A DNA stretch of 64,000 nucleotides from an uncultured Gammaproteobacteria bacterium (GTDB taxonomy: Bacteria; Pseudomonadota; Gammaproteobacteria; JACCXJ01): the NCBI GenBank assembly GCA_963764725.1, contig CAVXTM010000009.1, positions 64,001-128,000 on the forward strand, read 5' to 3'. This document shows positions 10,953 to 21,634 of the stretch, piece after piece; the stretch's first letter is position 1, and every line of letters starts with the position of its first letter. Both the position numbers and the translations under genes were made by a program. The notes beneath the pieces were generated by a model that saw only the letters and a program-made list of their open reading frames with translations, ran no database searches and was not told the DNA's origin.

Positions 10953-12274
10953 CTCTCGACCCGCCGCACCTGCTTAGCGTTGAACCGGGCGGGAAGCTCG
11001 CCGGCCGCTTGCGCGTGCCCGGTGACAAGTCCATCTCCCACCGCGCGCTCATGCTCGGGGCGATCGCCGAGGGTGTCACCGAAATCCGGGGATTCCTGGA
11101 GGGTGAAGACACGCTCGCGACGCTGCGGGCCTTCGAATCCATGGGCGTGGGTGTCGAGCGGCTCGGGGCGGGCGAGGTCAGGATCCACGGGGTAGGCTTG
11201 CACGGCTTGCGGCCGGCGCCCGGGCCGATCGATTTAGGCAATTCCGGTACCTCGATGCGATTGATGACGGGGCTCCTCGCGGGCCAGTCTTTCGACACGG
11301 AATTGGCCGGCGATGAGTCGCTGTCGCGGCGGCCGATGATGCGCGTCATCGAGCCCTTGCGCCGCATGGGGGCGCGGATCGAGTGTAGCTCCGCGGGCAC
11401 GCCGCCGGTCACTGTGTTCGGCGGAGCGCGACTTCGAGGCATCGATTATGATCTGCCGGTGGCCAGCGCCCAGGTCAAATCCGCTATCTTGCTTGCCGGT
11501 CTGTACGCGCGGGGGCAAACCTGTGTGCGGGAACCCCTCGCAAGCCGTGACCACAGCGAGCGCATGTTGGGCCGTTTCGGCTGCCGGCTACAAGCACAAG
11601 ACAGCGCGGTTTGCATGCGCGGTGAAGCGCCGCTCGCGGGCGTTGATGTCGATGTGCCGGCGGACCTGTCTTCGGCCGCGTTTTTCATCGTCGGCGCGAC
11701 GATAGCTCGCGGCTCGGATGTCGTGCTCGAGGAGGTGGGCGTCAATCCAACGCGCATCGGTGTGATCGAGATCCTGCGGCGCATGGGGGCGGACATCGAA
11801 CTTCAAAACAAACGCGAGGAGGGCGGTGAACCGGTTGCCGATCTGCGCGTGCGCGCAAGCGATCTGCACGGGATCCGTATTCCGGGCGATCTGGTACCGG
11901 CGGCTATCGACGAATTTCCCGTCATTTTAATCGCCGCGGCCTGCGCCCGCGGCGAAACCCTCTTGGAAGGCGCCGAGGAGCTTCGTTACAAGGAGAGCGA
12001 TCGGATAAGCAACATGGCGGAGGGCTTCAAGGCGCTGGGCATCGAGGCGCGGCCCACCCCGGACGGGATGCGCATCCGCGGTGCCGCGATCCAGGGGGGC
12101 CGCGTGGACAGCCGTGGTGACCATCGAGTAGCGATGGCATTTGCGATCGCGGGATTGCGGGCCGAGGGGCGTATCGTCATCGCCGACTGCGCGCTGATCA
12201 CTACGTCTTTCCCAAACTTCCTCGCGCTGGCGCGGGAAGCAGGTCTCCGAATCACGGCGGGCGCCCGATCGTGA
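10949..12274 (+). CDS. aroA: 3-phosphoshikimate 1-carboxyvinyltransferase
   Basis: PGDKSISHR, GNSGTSMRL, SAQVKS, KESDRI, DHRVAM. Confidence 0.97.
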   Translation: MTLDPPHLLSVEPGGKLAGRLRVPGDKSISHRALMLGAIAEGVTEIRGFLEGEDTLATLRAFESMGVGVERLGAGEVRIHGVGLHGLRPAPGPIDLGNSGTSMRLMTGLLAGQSFDTELAGDESLSRRPMMRVIEPLRRMGARIECSSAGTPPVTVFGGARLRGIDYDLPVASAQVKSAILLAGLYARGQTCVREPLASRDHSERMLGRFGCRLQAQDSAVCMRGEAPLAGVDVDVPADLSSAAFFIVGATIARGSDVVLEEVGVNPTRIGVIEILRRMGADIELQNKREEGGEPVADLRVRASDLHGIRIPGDLVPAAIDEFPVILIAAACARGETLLEGAEELRYKESDRISNMAEGFKALGIEARPTPDGMRIRGAAIQGGRVDSRGDHRVAMAFAIAGLRAEGRIVIADCALITTSFPNFLALAREAGLRITAGARS

Positions 12275-12975
12275 GAGCCGAATCGATTCCCGTCATCGCC
12301 ATCGACGGTCCGAGCGGCACGGGCAAGGGCAGCGTCGGGGTGCGCCTCGCAAGGACGCTGGGATGGCATTTTCTCGATAGCGGGGCCTTGTACCGGACCT
12401 TGGGGTGGCTGGCGATGCGGAAGGCTGTAGCATTCGATGATGTGCAGCGGTTGGTTCATCTTGCGGCGCAGCTCGCGGTGGAATTCAGAGACGCTGGGCC
12501 GGGGTCGGAGGAGTTGCGCGTGATCTGCCGGGGAGAGGATGTGACTCGGAGCATTCGTTCGGAAGCCTGCGCGCACGCTGCCTCTCAGATCGCCGCGTTG
12601 CCCGCGGTCCGCGCGGCGCTTCTTGCGCAGCAGCGCTCCTTCCGGCAGCCTCCGGGCTTGGTAGCCGACGGCCGCGACATGGGAACGGCGGTTTTCGTGG
12701 ACGCCGGCCTTAAGATCTATCTCTCGGCCAGTCCGGAGGAGCGCGCCCAAAGGCGCTATAAGCAGTTGAAAGATCAGGGAGTCAATGTTAGTCTCCACAA
12801 TCTTTTAGAGGGCATCCTGGAACGCGATGCCCGTGATAGTGAGCGTGGCGCCTCGCCTTTACGGGCCGCGCCCGATGCCGTGACCATCGACACCACGCGC
12901 CTTGATCTCGGAGCGGTGGTTGAGCGTGTTATATACTTAATCGATGCGCGCGCTCGGCGCGCGGCTAAAAATTAA
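12271..12975 (+). CDS. cmk: Cytidylate kinase
   Basis: [27 protein letters not shown]. Confidence 0.96.
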   Translation: MRAESIPVIAIDGPSGTGKGSVGVRLARTLGWHFLDSGALYRTLGWLAMRKAVAFDDVQRLVHLAAQLAVEFRDAGPGSEELRVICRGEDVTRSIRSEACAHAASQIAALPAVRAALLAQQRSFRQPPGLVADGRDMGTAVFVDAGLKIYLSASPEERAQRRYKQLKDQGVNVSLHNLLEGILERDARDSERGASPLRAAPDAVTIDTTRLDLGAVVERVIYLIDARARRAAKN

Positions 12976-13000
12976 TAGTCGTTTGAGGATTCGGGACCTT

Positions 13001-14683
13001 ATGGTTGAAACGTTTGCGGAATTATTCGAGCAGAGTCAAATCGAGCACAAGATGCGTCCGGGCACCATCGTGACCGGTATCGTCGTCGATGTCCGGCCGG
13101 ATGCCGTGGTTGTTCATGCCGGCTTTAAATCGGAGGGGGTGATCCCCATCGAGCAATTCCGCAACGAGGCAGGCGCCATCGAAGTCACCATTGGCGATCG
13201 GATCGATGTCGCGCTAGATGCGATCGAAGACGGGTTCGGCGCCACTCGACTGTCGCGGGAAAAAGCGAAGCGCGTCATGGCCTGGAAGCGCCTAGAAGAA
13301 GCTTTGGAGGCCGGTAGCAACGTGACCGGTGTGATCACGGAGCGCGTGAAAGGGGGTTTTACGGTAGAGATCGAAGACATCCGTGCCTTCCTCCCGGGGT
13401 CGTTGGTGGATGTCCGGCCGGTACGCGATACCACCTATCTGGAAGGCAAGCCGCTCGAGTTCAAAGTGATTAAGGTTGACCATAAGCGTAACAATGTCGT
13501 GGTCTCCCGCCGTGCCGTGGTGGAAAGCGAGGGGGGCGCCGAGCGCGATGTGCTGTTGAATAGCATCGAGGAGGGCGGCGTTGTCAAGGGGGTAGTCAAG
13601 AACCTTACCGATTATGGTGCGTTTATCGACCTCGGTGGCGTCGATGGCTTACTTCATATCACGGACATGGCTTGGAAACGCGTTAAACACCCGAGCGAGG
13701 TTCTCAATGTCGGCGATGAAATTGACGTTAAGGTCCTGAAATTCGATCGGGAGCGCAACCGCGTCTCCTTGGGGCTCAAGCAGCTTGGGGAGGATCCCTG
13801 GATCGACATTGCACGCCGCTACCCGCAGCGTTCTCGTATCTTCGGCAAAGTCACCAACGTCGCCGACTATGGTTGCTTTGTGGAAATAGAACCAGGTGTC
13901 GAGGGTTTGGTTCACGTCTCGGAGATGGACTGGACCAACAGAAACGTTCATCCCTCGAAAGTGGTCCATGTTGGGCAGGAGGTCGAGGCGATGGTTCTCG
14001 ACATCGACCAGGAGCGGCGCCGCATCTCACTCGGCATGAAGCACTGCCAGCCGAATCCTTGGGAGGAGTTTGCGATAAGATTCAACAAGAACAGTAAGGT
14101 CCATGGAATCATAAAGTCCATCACTGATTTTGGTATTTTCGTGGGGCTCGAAGGGGGCATCGATGGCTTGGTGCACCTGTCTGATCTCTCGTGGTCGAGT
14201 GCGGGTGAGGAGGCGGTCAGAAATTACAAGAAGGGTCAAGAGGTCGAAACGGTGGTTCTCGCCATCGATGCGGAGCGGGAGCGGATTTCGCTAGGGATCA
14301 AACAATTGGAGAAGGATCCCTTTTCCAATTATCTGGCCGAGCACGAAAAGGGCAGTATCGTGACGGGCGTTGCCGTAATGGTCGATGCGCAAGGGGTAAC
14401 AGTCCGGCTCGCGGAAAGCGTCGAGGGCTATATTCGCGCGTCTGAGCTTTCACGAGATCCAGTGGACGACGCGCGCAAGGTGATCAAGGAGGAGCAAGAG
14501 GTCGAGGCCTTATTCGTTGCGATCGACCGCAAGAAGCGCATGATTTCTCTTTCTATCAAGGCGAAGGAATTTCACGAACAGGCTCAAGCGTTGGAAACCT
14601 ACGGGGCGGGGGCCGGCATGGCGACCACCAAGCTCGGCGATCTGCTCAAGCAGCGCCTCGACGGTGCCGAGTCGCCCGATTGA
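13001..14683 (+). CDS. rpsA: 30S ribosomal protein S1
   Basis: Repeated S1 domains ([31 protein letters not shown]); cmk-rpsA-ihfB synteny. Confidence 0.97.
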   Translation: MVETFAELFEQSQIEHKMRPGTIVTGIVVDVRPDAVVVHAGFKSEGVIPIEQFRNEAGAIEVTIGDRIDVALDAIEDGFGATRLSREKAKRVMAWKRLEEALEAGSNVTGVITERVKGGFTVEIEDIRAFLPGSLVDVRPVRDTTYLEGKPLEFKVIKVDHKRNNVVVSRRAVVESEGGAERDVLLNSIEEGGVVKGVVKNLTDYGAFIDLGGVDGLLHITDMAWKRVKHPSEVLNVGDEIDVKVLKFDRERNRVSLGLKQLGEDPWIDIARRYPQRSRIFGKVTNVADYGCFVEIEPGVEGLVHVSEMDWTNRNVHPSKVVHVGQEVEAMVLDIDQERRRISLGMKHCQPNPWEEFAIRFNKNSKVHGIIKSITDFGIFVGLEGGIDGLVHLSDLSWSSAGEEAVRNYKKGQEVETVVLAIDAERERISLGIKQLEKDPFSNYLAEHEKGSIVTGVAVMVDAQGVTVRLAESVEGYIRASELSRDPVDDARKVIKEEQEVEALFVAIDRKKRMISLSIKAKEFHEQAQALETYGAGAGMATTKLGDLLKQRLDGAESPD

Positions 14684-14749
14684 AGGCGCGCCATGCATGA
14701 ATGGCAGCGGTTTCTTCCCGCCCGGTAAGCGACACGGATAAGGCAGCAC

Positions 14750-15034
14750 ATGACTAAGTCGGAACTCATCGAATCCCTCGCGCGCAAGCAGATCCAACTG
14801 GGGAATAAAGATGTTGAGTTGGCGGTTAGGACCTTGTTGGAGCTCATGGCGTATACGCTCTCGACGGGGAGACGCATCGAGATCCGCGGTTTTGGAAGTT
14901 TCTCTCTCCATTATCGCCCGGCCCGGATCGGACGTAATCCGAAATCCGGAGATCCGGTGCCCCTGCCGGCGAAATACGTGCCGCACTTTAAACCGGGAAA
15001 ACAGATGAGAGAACGCGTCAACGGCGTGAAATAG
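14750..15034 (+). CDS. ihfB: Integration host factor beta
   Basis: [40 protein letters not shown]. Confidence 0.97.
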   Translation: MTKSELIESLARKQIQLGNKDVELAVRTLLELMAYTLSTGRRIEIRGFGSFSLHYRPARIGRNPKSGDPVPLPAKYVPHFKPGKQMRERVNGVK

Positions 15035-15128
15035 TTCGGTCTCGGAAAACAATCGAAGCATGGTTTCCTGCCCCGTTGGGGGATTCGAAGAAGGGGCGTG
15101 CTAGGTTTAACGGCTAAGGCGTGTGGCT

Positions 15129-15425
15129 ATGGTTCGCGTTCTAAAAGTAATCTTTCTGTTGGTCATCGTACTCGTCGGCCTTGAGCTGCATGTCAAGAAT
15201 CATCAATTAGTCGTGGTCGATTATTATTTGGGTACGGTGCAGTTGCCCGTGTCGCTCTTGATCGCTTGCACGTTGCTCTTGGGAGCGGTTCTGGGCGTCC
15301 TGGTAAATCTCAATGTCGTTGTGCGTTTGCGGCGTAAAATTGGTGAGCTCAAGCGTTCTTTGAAATCCGTGGATCAGAAGTTAACGAGAGGCCAATCCAT
15401 CACAACGCTCAAGGATGCCTCCTGA
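15129..15425 (+). CDS. lapA: LPS assembly protein A
   Basis: Two hydrophobic segments plus basic coiled coil, located between ihfB and lapB. Confidence 0.85.
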   Translation: MVRVLKVIFLLVIVLVGLELHVKNHQLVVVDYYLGTVQLPVSLLIACTLLLGAVLGVLVNLNVVVRLRRKIGELKRSLKSVDQKLTRGQSITTLKDAS

Positions 15426-16593
15426 GCCGTTCTCGAACCTCATTTGGTTGCTATTGCCGCTTGCCGCGGCGTCCGGTTGGTATCTGGCAAGCCGTGGCGG
15501 TGCTTACCGCCGTGGCGAGCCCGCCGCCCTCTCTAAGGATTACTTCAAAGGCCTAAACTACCTCCTAAACGAACAGCCGGATAAGGCCATCGACGTGTTC
15601 ATCGCGATGCTGGATGTCGAGAGGGACACGATTGAAACACAGCTTGCGTTGGGCAATCTGTTCCGTCGGCGCGGCGAAGTCGATCGGGCCATCCGCATCC
15701 ATCAAAGGTTAATTGCGCATTCTGCGTTGGGCGACGAGCAACGTTCTTTGGCGGCGCTCGAGTTAGGAATGGATTACCTGCGCTCGGGCTTGTTCGATCG
15801 GGCGGAGGGACTATTTAAGGGCCTGTTGAACTCCGGAGCCCACACGAAGAAGGCATTATCGCAGTTGCTGGATATCTATCAGCAAGAACAAGATTGGGAT
15901 AAGGCGATCGCGTGCGCGCGCGAGATCGAGACCCGATGCAAAGAGGATATGAGCAGTATGACGGCCCAGTTTTACTGCGAATGGGCGCGGCAGTGCGAGC
16001 TTCAAGGCCAAACCGCCGAGGCCGTCCGGTTATTGCAACGCGGGTTGGAAGCTGATCCCGGCTGCGCGCGCGCGAGCCTGATGGAAGGTAGAATCGCCAA
16101 GGCCTCCGGCGACACTCGCGCGGCGGTCATGGTGTTCAAAAGGATAGAGCATCAGGACCCTTCGGTTCTGGTACAAGCGCTACCGCACTTGCTCGAATGC
16201 TATCGAAGCTTGGGGCAATCCAACGAGTTTATAGCGTATTTGCGGACGCTCGTCGCCAAGAAATTCGGTGTCCAGATCTTGTTGATGCTGGCGGATCTGA
16301 TCGCGGAAGAGCGGGGCATCGAAGCGGCGATAAGCTATTTGAGTGACGAGCTAAACCGGCGGCCTTCCTTACGCGGATTGAACCAAATGCTCAAGTATTC
16401 AATAGCACACGGCGTGGCGTTGTCCAAGCCACAGTTGGCGGTGCTCAGCGACTACGTAGGCCGCTTGTTACGCCAACGATTGAACTACCAATGTCAGCAC
16501 TGCGGGTTCCTGGCGAAGACACACCATTGGCAATGCCCGACTTGCAAGCATTGGAGCAGCGTTAAGCCGGTCGATGATCTCGACGGCAACTGA
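15415..16593 (+). CDS. lapB: LPS assembly protein B
   Basis: YFKGLNYLLNEQPDKAI, LGNLFRRRGEVDRAIRIHQ, TPRs, C-terminal CxxC...CPxC rubredoxin. Confidence 0.96.
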   Translation: MPPEPFSNLIWLLLPLAAASGWYLASRGGAYRRGEPAALSKDYFKGLNYLLNEQPDKAIDVFIAMLDVERDTIETQLALGNLFRRRGEVDRAIRIHQRLIAHSALGDEQRSLAALELGMDYLRSGLFDRAEGLFKGLLNSGAHTKKALSQLLDIYQQEQDWDKAIACAREIETRCKEDMSSMTAQFYCEWARQCELQGQTAEAVRLLQRGLEADPGCARASLMEGRIAKASGDTRAAVMVFKRIEHQDPSVLVQALPHLLECYRSLGQSNEFIAYLRTLVAKKFGVQILLMLADLIAEERGIEAAISYLSDELNRRPSLRGLNQMLKYSIAHGVALSKPQLAVLSDYVGRLLRQRLNYQCQHCGFLAKTHHWQCPTCKHWSSVKPVDDLDGN

Positions 16594-16737
16594 GAGCTTG
16601 TGAATAAATCTACTGCGCAGCCCGCCCGCTTCGTTGCGCGGTGCTCGGAATCCTCATGTATTTCCACATACACTGCGGTTCCTGCGCGCCGTGCGCCTTG
16701 CGGGCGGGCTTGCTCGCTACGATTTCTTCACAAGCTC
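16594..16737. repeat. 144-bp MITE-like inverted-repeat element
   Basis: Ends GAGCTTGTGAATAAATC / GATTTCTTCACAAGCTC (16/17 inverted match), internal arms gcccgcccgc/gcgggcgggc; a 30-bp copy of its left end lies at about 8880-8909. Confidence 0.75.
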
Positions 16738-16756
16738 CGCGCAACGCGGTGACGCG

Positions 16757-19700
16757 ATGAGCGAATCAAACCCCGAATACAGCGTGTTCGAGCCTCCGGG
16801 TCCGCGTCCGGCCGGTGGACGGCTCTATTGGACGCGTTTACACGGAAGCGCCAAGGCGCTTGCCGTCTCAAGGCTCGCGGAGAGATGGGACGGCCTGGTG
16901 GCGGTCGTCGCCAAGGACGCGCTGCATGCGGAGCGCCTCGAGGAGGAGCTTGGGTTCTTTAGCGGGGGTGGTCAAGCAACCGAGATCCTTAGCTTTCCTG
17001 ATTGGGAAACCTTGCCCTATGACCGCTTTTCACCTTATCAGGACATCGTCTCGCGGCGCCTGGAAACGCTGGCGCGCTTACCGCAACTTAGAGGAGGTTA
17101 TTTGATCATCTCCGTCGCCACCTTGATGCATCGGTTGGCGCCGCGCGACTATCTTGAGGCCAACACCCTCGTGCTCAAAGTGGGCGAGCGCCTGGATCGC
17201 GAGCGTTTCCGCGAACGACTGATTCACGGAGGGTATCGCTGCGTCTCGCAGGTGCTGGAGCACGGTGACTTCGCCGTTCGGGGATCGCTACTCGATGTGT
17301 ATCCGATGGGCAGCCGGTTCCCTTATCGCATCGATTGGTTCGACGAGCTGATCGATACGCTGCGCTTCTTTGATCCGGAAACGCAACGGTCCATCGAGAG
17401 CAGCGATCGGATCGAGGTGCTACCCGCGCGCGAGTTTCCTCTAACGCCGAAGGCGCTCGAGTGCTTCCGCGCGAACTGGCGCGCGCGCTTTGAGGGCGCG
17501 CCCGGGGATTGCCCGATCTACCGCGAGGTGAGCCAGGGCCTCGCGCCCGGGGGTATCGAGTATTACGCCCCGCTTTTTTTCACCAGTGGCGCAGTGTTGT
17601 TCGATTATCTGCCCGAGGGGAGCGTCGTGGTGCTGGATGACGGTGCATTGGAGACGGCAAGAGCGTTTTGGGCTGAAATTGGTCAACGCTATGAAGCCGC
17701 CCGCTACGATCGCGAGCGGCCGTTGTTACCCCCCGATGAGGTGTTTCTCCCGCCCGAGGAGCTTTCTGCTCGGCTAAAAATCCATCCGGCGATCCTCATC
17801 GCGGGGCTGACGGCGCCAAAGCATGCTGTGAGTTTCTCAAGCAGCATGCCGGTGCGGCTTCCGATCGACGGCCGGGCCGCGGATCCGCTGGCCGTCGTCA
17901 AACACTATTTGCAATCTTTCGGCGGACGGGTCTTATTTGCCGCCGAGTCGAAAGGCCGCCGCGAGACACTCTCGGAGCTCCTGCGCCAGCACCAGATTGA
18001 ATTCCAAGCCTATGCGGATTGGGCGTCGTTTCTTAAAGGCGAAGCGCGAATCGGATTGACCATCGCTGCCCTCGATCAAGGCATGCAGTTGGACAGTCCC
18101 CGCATCGCCATCGTTGGCGAAGCTCAGTTGTTCGGGGAACGCGCGCGGCAAGAGCGCCGCCGGAGCCGCGCGGCACGGGATCCTGAAAGCATCATTCGCG
18201 ATCTCACCGAGCTCCACGCCGGTGCGCCGGTCGTGCATGAGCATCATGGAGTCGGACGTTATCTGGGGCTCTTTATGATCGAGACCAACGGCGTTCCTGG
18301 TGAATACCTCGGCGTGGAGTACGCCGATGCGGACCGCCTCTACGTTCCGGTGCTATCGCTCCACCTCATCACCCGCTATTCCGGCGTGGACCCCGGTCAT
18401 GCGCCCTTGCACAAGCTCGGCAGCGGTCAGTGGCAACGGGCCCGCGCCAAGGCTGCGAAACGCATCCGTGACGTGGCCGCGGAGCTTCTGGAGATTTACG
18501 CGCGCCGCGCCGCGCGCAAAGGGTACGCGTTTACGCTGGAACGGGATCAATACCAGGCGTTTATACAGGGGTTCCCTTTCGAGGAGACACCGGACCAGGA
18601 GGCGGCGATCGGCGCGGTTGTGCACGATTTGCAAGGCGAGCAACCGATGGATCGGCTCATATGCGGCGACGTGGGGTTCGGAAAAACCGAGGTGGCCATG
18701 CGCGCGGCTTTCGTCGCGGCCATGGGCGGCAAGCAGGTCGCGATCCTGGTGCCGACCACTCTTCTGGCGCAACAGCACTATCGTAACTTCAAGGATCGAT
18801 TCGCGGAATGGCCGCTGCGCATAGAGCTACTGTCACGGTTCCAGGGCAAGAAAGACCAGGATAAAGTCGCGGCAGGGCTCAAGGACGGCGCGGTCGATAT
18901 TGTCGTCGGAACCCACAAACTGTTGCAGGAGTCAATTGTCTTCAAGCGCCTCGGGCTGTGCGTAATCGATGAAGAGCACCGCTTTGGGGTGCGGCAAAAG
19001 GAACGGCTGAAAGCCCTGCGTTCGGAGTTGGATATCTTGACGCTGACCGCGACTCCAATTCCTCGCACGCTCAACTTGGCCCTGTTCGGCACCCGCGAGC
19101 TGTCGATTATCGCGTCGCCCCCTGCGAGGCGCATCGCCGTTAAGACCTTCGTGACCGAGTGGGACCAGGCGCTGTTGCGCGAAGCCATGGGGCGCGAGAT
19201 CAGCCGCGGCGGCCAGATCTACTTCCTGCATAACGAGGTGGAAACGATCGAAGGAACCGCTCGCGAGGTTGCAGCGCTCATTCCCGAGGCGCGCGTGCGC
19301 GTGGCGCACGGACAGATGCGGGAGCGCGAGCTCGAGCAGGTGATGCTCGATTTCTACCATCGCCGCATTGCGTGCCTCGTTTGCACGACTATCATCGAGA
19401 CCGGGATCGATGTGCCGAACGCCAATACCATCATCATCAATCGCGCCGACAAATTCGGGCTCGCGCAGCTCTATCAACTGCGCGGCCGGGTGGGCCGCTC
19501 GCATCACCGGGCGTATGCCTATCTCGTGGTGCCGTCCCGGAAGGCCCTCAAGGGCGACGCGCTGAGGAGACTCGAAGCCATCGAGTCGATCGAGGATCTC
19601 GGCATCGGGTTTACCTTAGCCACTCATGACCTTGAGATCCGCGGCGCTGGAGAGATCCTCGGTGAGGAGCAAAGCGGGCATATTCAGGAAGTCGGTTTCG

Positions 19701-20230
19701 GCTTGTTCACGGAACTGCTCGAGCGGGCGATCCAGGCGCTCAAGGCCGGGCGGCAGCCGGAGCTCGACCGGCCGCTCGATCATGGCGTCGAGATCGAGAT
19801 CCATGTTCCGGTGCTGATCCCCGGCGATTATGTACCCGATGTCCACACCCGTCTAATCATGTACAAACGGATCGCGAACGCTAGTGATCCTGAGGAGCTT
19901 GGCCGGCTGGAAGAAGAAATGATCGATCGTTTCGGCGCGCTGCCGCAGTCCGCCAAGGATCTGTTTCGGATCACGCGGCTCAAGCAGCGGGCGGCGCCTC
20001 TCGGGGTCCGCAAGATCGAACTCGGCGCGCATGGCGGGCGGGTGCTCTTCCATGCGCAGGCCGAGGTCAACCCGCTGGCCTTAGTGAAACTGGTGCAGAC
20101 CCAACTTCATACCTACAAGCTCGAGCAAGGAGACAAGATCCGGATCACGGCCTCGCTGCCCGATGCCGATGCGCGCATCGGCGCGCTCGATCGTTTGTTC
20201 GATCAACTGAGGCAGCGGGCGGCAGCGTAA
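16757..20230 (+). CDS. mfd: Transcription-repair coupling factor
   Basis: FPDWETLPYD, CGDVGFGKTEV, DEEHRFGV, TATPIPRT, QLRGRVGRS, C-terminal TRCF domain. Confidence 0.98.
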   Translation: MSESNPEYSVFEPPGPRPAGGRLYWTRLHGSAKALAVSRLAERWDGLVAVVAKDALHAERLEEELGFFSGGGQATEILSFPDWETLPYDRFSPYQDIVSRRLETLARLPQLRGGYLIISVATLMHRLAPRDYLEANTLVLKVGERLDRERFRERLIHGGYRCVSQVLEHGDFAVRGSLLDVYPMGSRFPYRIDWFDELIDTLRFFDPETQRSIESSDRIEVLPAREFPLTPKALECFRANWRARFEGAPGDCPIYREVSQGLAPGGIEYYAPLFFTSGAVLFDYLPEGSVVVLDDGALETARAFWAEIGQRYEAARYDRERPLLPPDEVFLPPEELSARLKIHPAILIAGLTAPKHAVSFSSSMPVRLPIDGRAADPLAVVKHYLQSFGGRVLFAAESKGRRETLSELLRQHQIEFQAYADWASFLKGEARIGLTIAALDQGMQLDSPRIAIVGEAQLFGERARQERRRSRAARDPESIIRDLTELHAGAPVVHEHHGVGRYLGLFMIETNGVPGEYLGVEYADADRLYVPVLSLHLITRYSGVDPGHAPLHKLGSGQWQRARAKAAKRIRDVAAELLEIYARRAARKGYAFTLERDQYQAFIQGFPFEETPDQEAAIGAVVHDLQGEQPMDRLICGDVGFGKTEVAMRAAFVAAMGGKQVAILVPTTLLAQQHYRNFKDRFAEWPLRIELLSRFQGKKDQDKVAAGLKDGAVDIVVGTHKLLQESIVFKRLGLCVIDEEHRFGVRQKERLKALRSELDILTLTATPIPRTLNLALFGTRELSIIASPPARRIAVKTFVTEWDQALLREAMGREISRGGQIYFLHNEVETIEGTAREVAALIPEARVRVAHGQMRERELEQVMLDFYHRRIACLVCTTIIETGIDVPNANTIIINRADKFGLAQLYQLRGRVGRSHHRAYAYLVVPSRKALKGDALRRLEAIESIEDLGIGFTLATHDLEIRGAGEILGEEQSGHIQEVGFGLFTELLERAIQALKAGRQPELDRPLDHGVEIEIHVPVLIPGDYVPDVHTRLIMYKRIANASDPEELGRLEEEMIDRFGALPQSAKDLFRITRLKQRAAPLGVRKIELGAHGGRVLFHAQAEVNPLALVKLVQTQLHTYKLEQGDKIRITASLPDADARIGALDRLFDQLRQRAAA
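19748..20230 (+). repeat. Direct repeat copy 1 of the mfd 3' end (partner 42268-42750)
   Basis: Identical to 42268-42728 over 461 bp except 2 nt (gtcaac/gttgac), then diverges in the last 7 codons. Confidence 0.97.
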
Positions 20231-20301
20231 GCCTAGCCAAACATATATGAAATTCGGGGTACCTCTTCACGTTCCATGTTCCTCCGGGAGTGGCACCGCC
20301 T

Positions 20302-21611
20302 TGTGCAAGCCGCGCATGGTTTACAAAATAGACCGGGGCGCATGGTTTACAAATTCTCTCCCTGTCCGTGCCATTGGCTGGGAGGGTTGATTTTCTGGTT
20401 TCGCTCATTGAGTACACCCAGAAGATGAAAGCTATAGCGTACTTCCCACAGGAACTCGTCAATCTGGTGCATGCCGATCGGTTCCTTGGCCAGAATGTCT
20501 GAGACATAGAGCAGATGGCCTTTCCACTTGATTTCGCCATTATGTCGCACCCTTCGGACCGTCACCTCAGTCCCATACGCCACTGGCGGCAGCTTCGTGG
20601 GATAACTCCTGGGCGAGGCCGTGTACCGTTCACGAGGTGTTCGCCGTGCCAGCGCTTCATGGCTACGCTCTGCGTTGTACTCGCTGACAAACGCGTTAAA
20701 GCGTTGCTGCTGGGCTTCGAGCGTCGCTGCAGGAGGCGCCACCGCGGCTTCTTTCAACGTCCGATGCATGCGCTCATGTCGGCCATTCTGATCCGGCCGG
20801 CCAGGTTCAATGCGCTCGGGACGGATACCCAGCCGAATCCACCAGGCCGACAGCCGACTCAACCCACCCACCGCCAGCGAGGCAAAGGGGGCGCCGTTGT
20901 CGGTCCGTATAGCTTCCGGCAATCCGTACTCCCGAAAGACCCATTCGAACCAAGGCTGGACCTCGGCCCACGTCGGTCGTGCCAGACCTCGGCACTGCAA
21001 GAGGTAACGGCTGAAGTTGTCCGTCATCGTCAGCGGGTAACAGCGCCGGCCATCGCCCAGCACGAAATCGCCTTTGAAGTCCGCGCTCCAAAGGGCATTG
21101 GCGCCGTCGCAGTGGAGCAACGGCTCGCTGTGAGGCGCCACCCGCCGACGGCGGCGACGCGGACCCACCAGACCCGCCCGCTTCAGAATCTCACCCGCCG
21201 TACTGTCGGCGGGCCAAGCCACCGCGGGATCTTCACGGCGCAACCCATCCATCACCTTCTTCGGCCCAAAACGTTGATGCCGCAGTTTGTACTGCACGAT
21301 TCTTTCGCACAGCGCCGGTTCACTCGCATTGGGATGATACTTGGCCGCCCGCGACCACTCCTTGAGCCCATCCAGCCCCAACCGCTGGTACCGCTCAATC
21401 CATTTGTCACCTGTCGGGCGACTGATCCCATAAAACTCACACAAATTGATCTTGGGGCACTGACCATTCAACCAGTCACCGATAAATTGAACTCGTTGGT
21501 CCATCGCACAGGTCTCTTTCCACGGCATTGGCGTTTCCTCCTCGCCAATACCATAACTGATGTAAACCATGTGCCCGGTTTGTTTTGTAAAGGATCATAC
21601 CGGTTTGTACC
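20302..21611 (-). mobile_element. IS481-family insertion sequence (transposase 21528-20347)
   Basis: MPWKETCAMDQR, HTH, WSADFKG, IRTDNGAPF, QNGRHERMHRTLK DDE core; imperfect ~50-bp terminal inverted repeats containing (c)atggtttaca modules at 20302-20352 and 21561-21611. Confidence 0.88.
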
Positions 21612-21634
21612 CACCCTATCCCTCTCCCGGTGGG

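Noticed and set aside
16634-16756. N-terminal extension of Mfd
   Set aside because: Translation of the MITE-like repeat.
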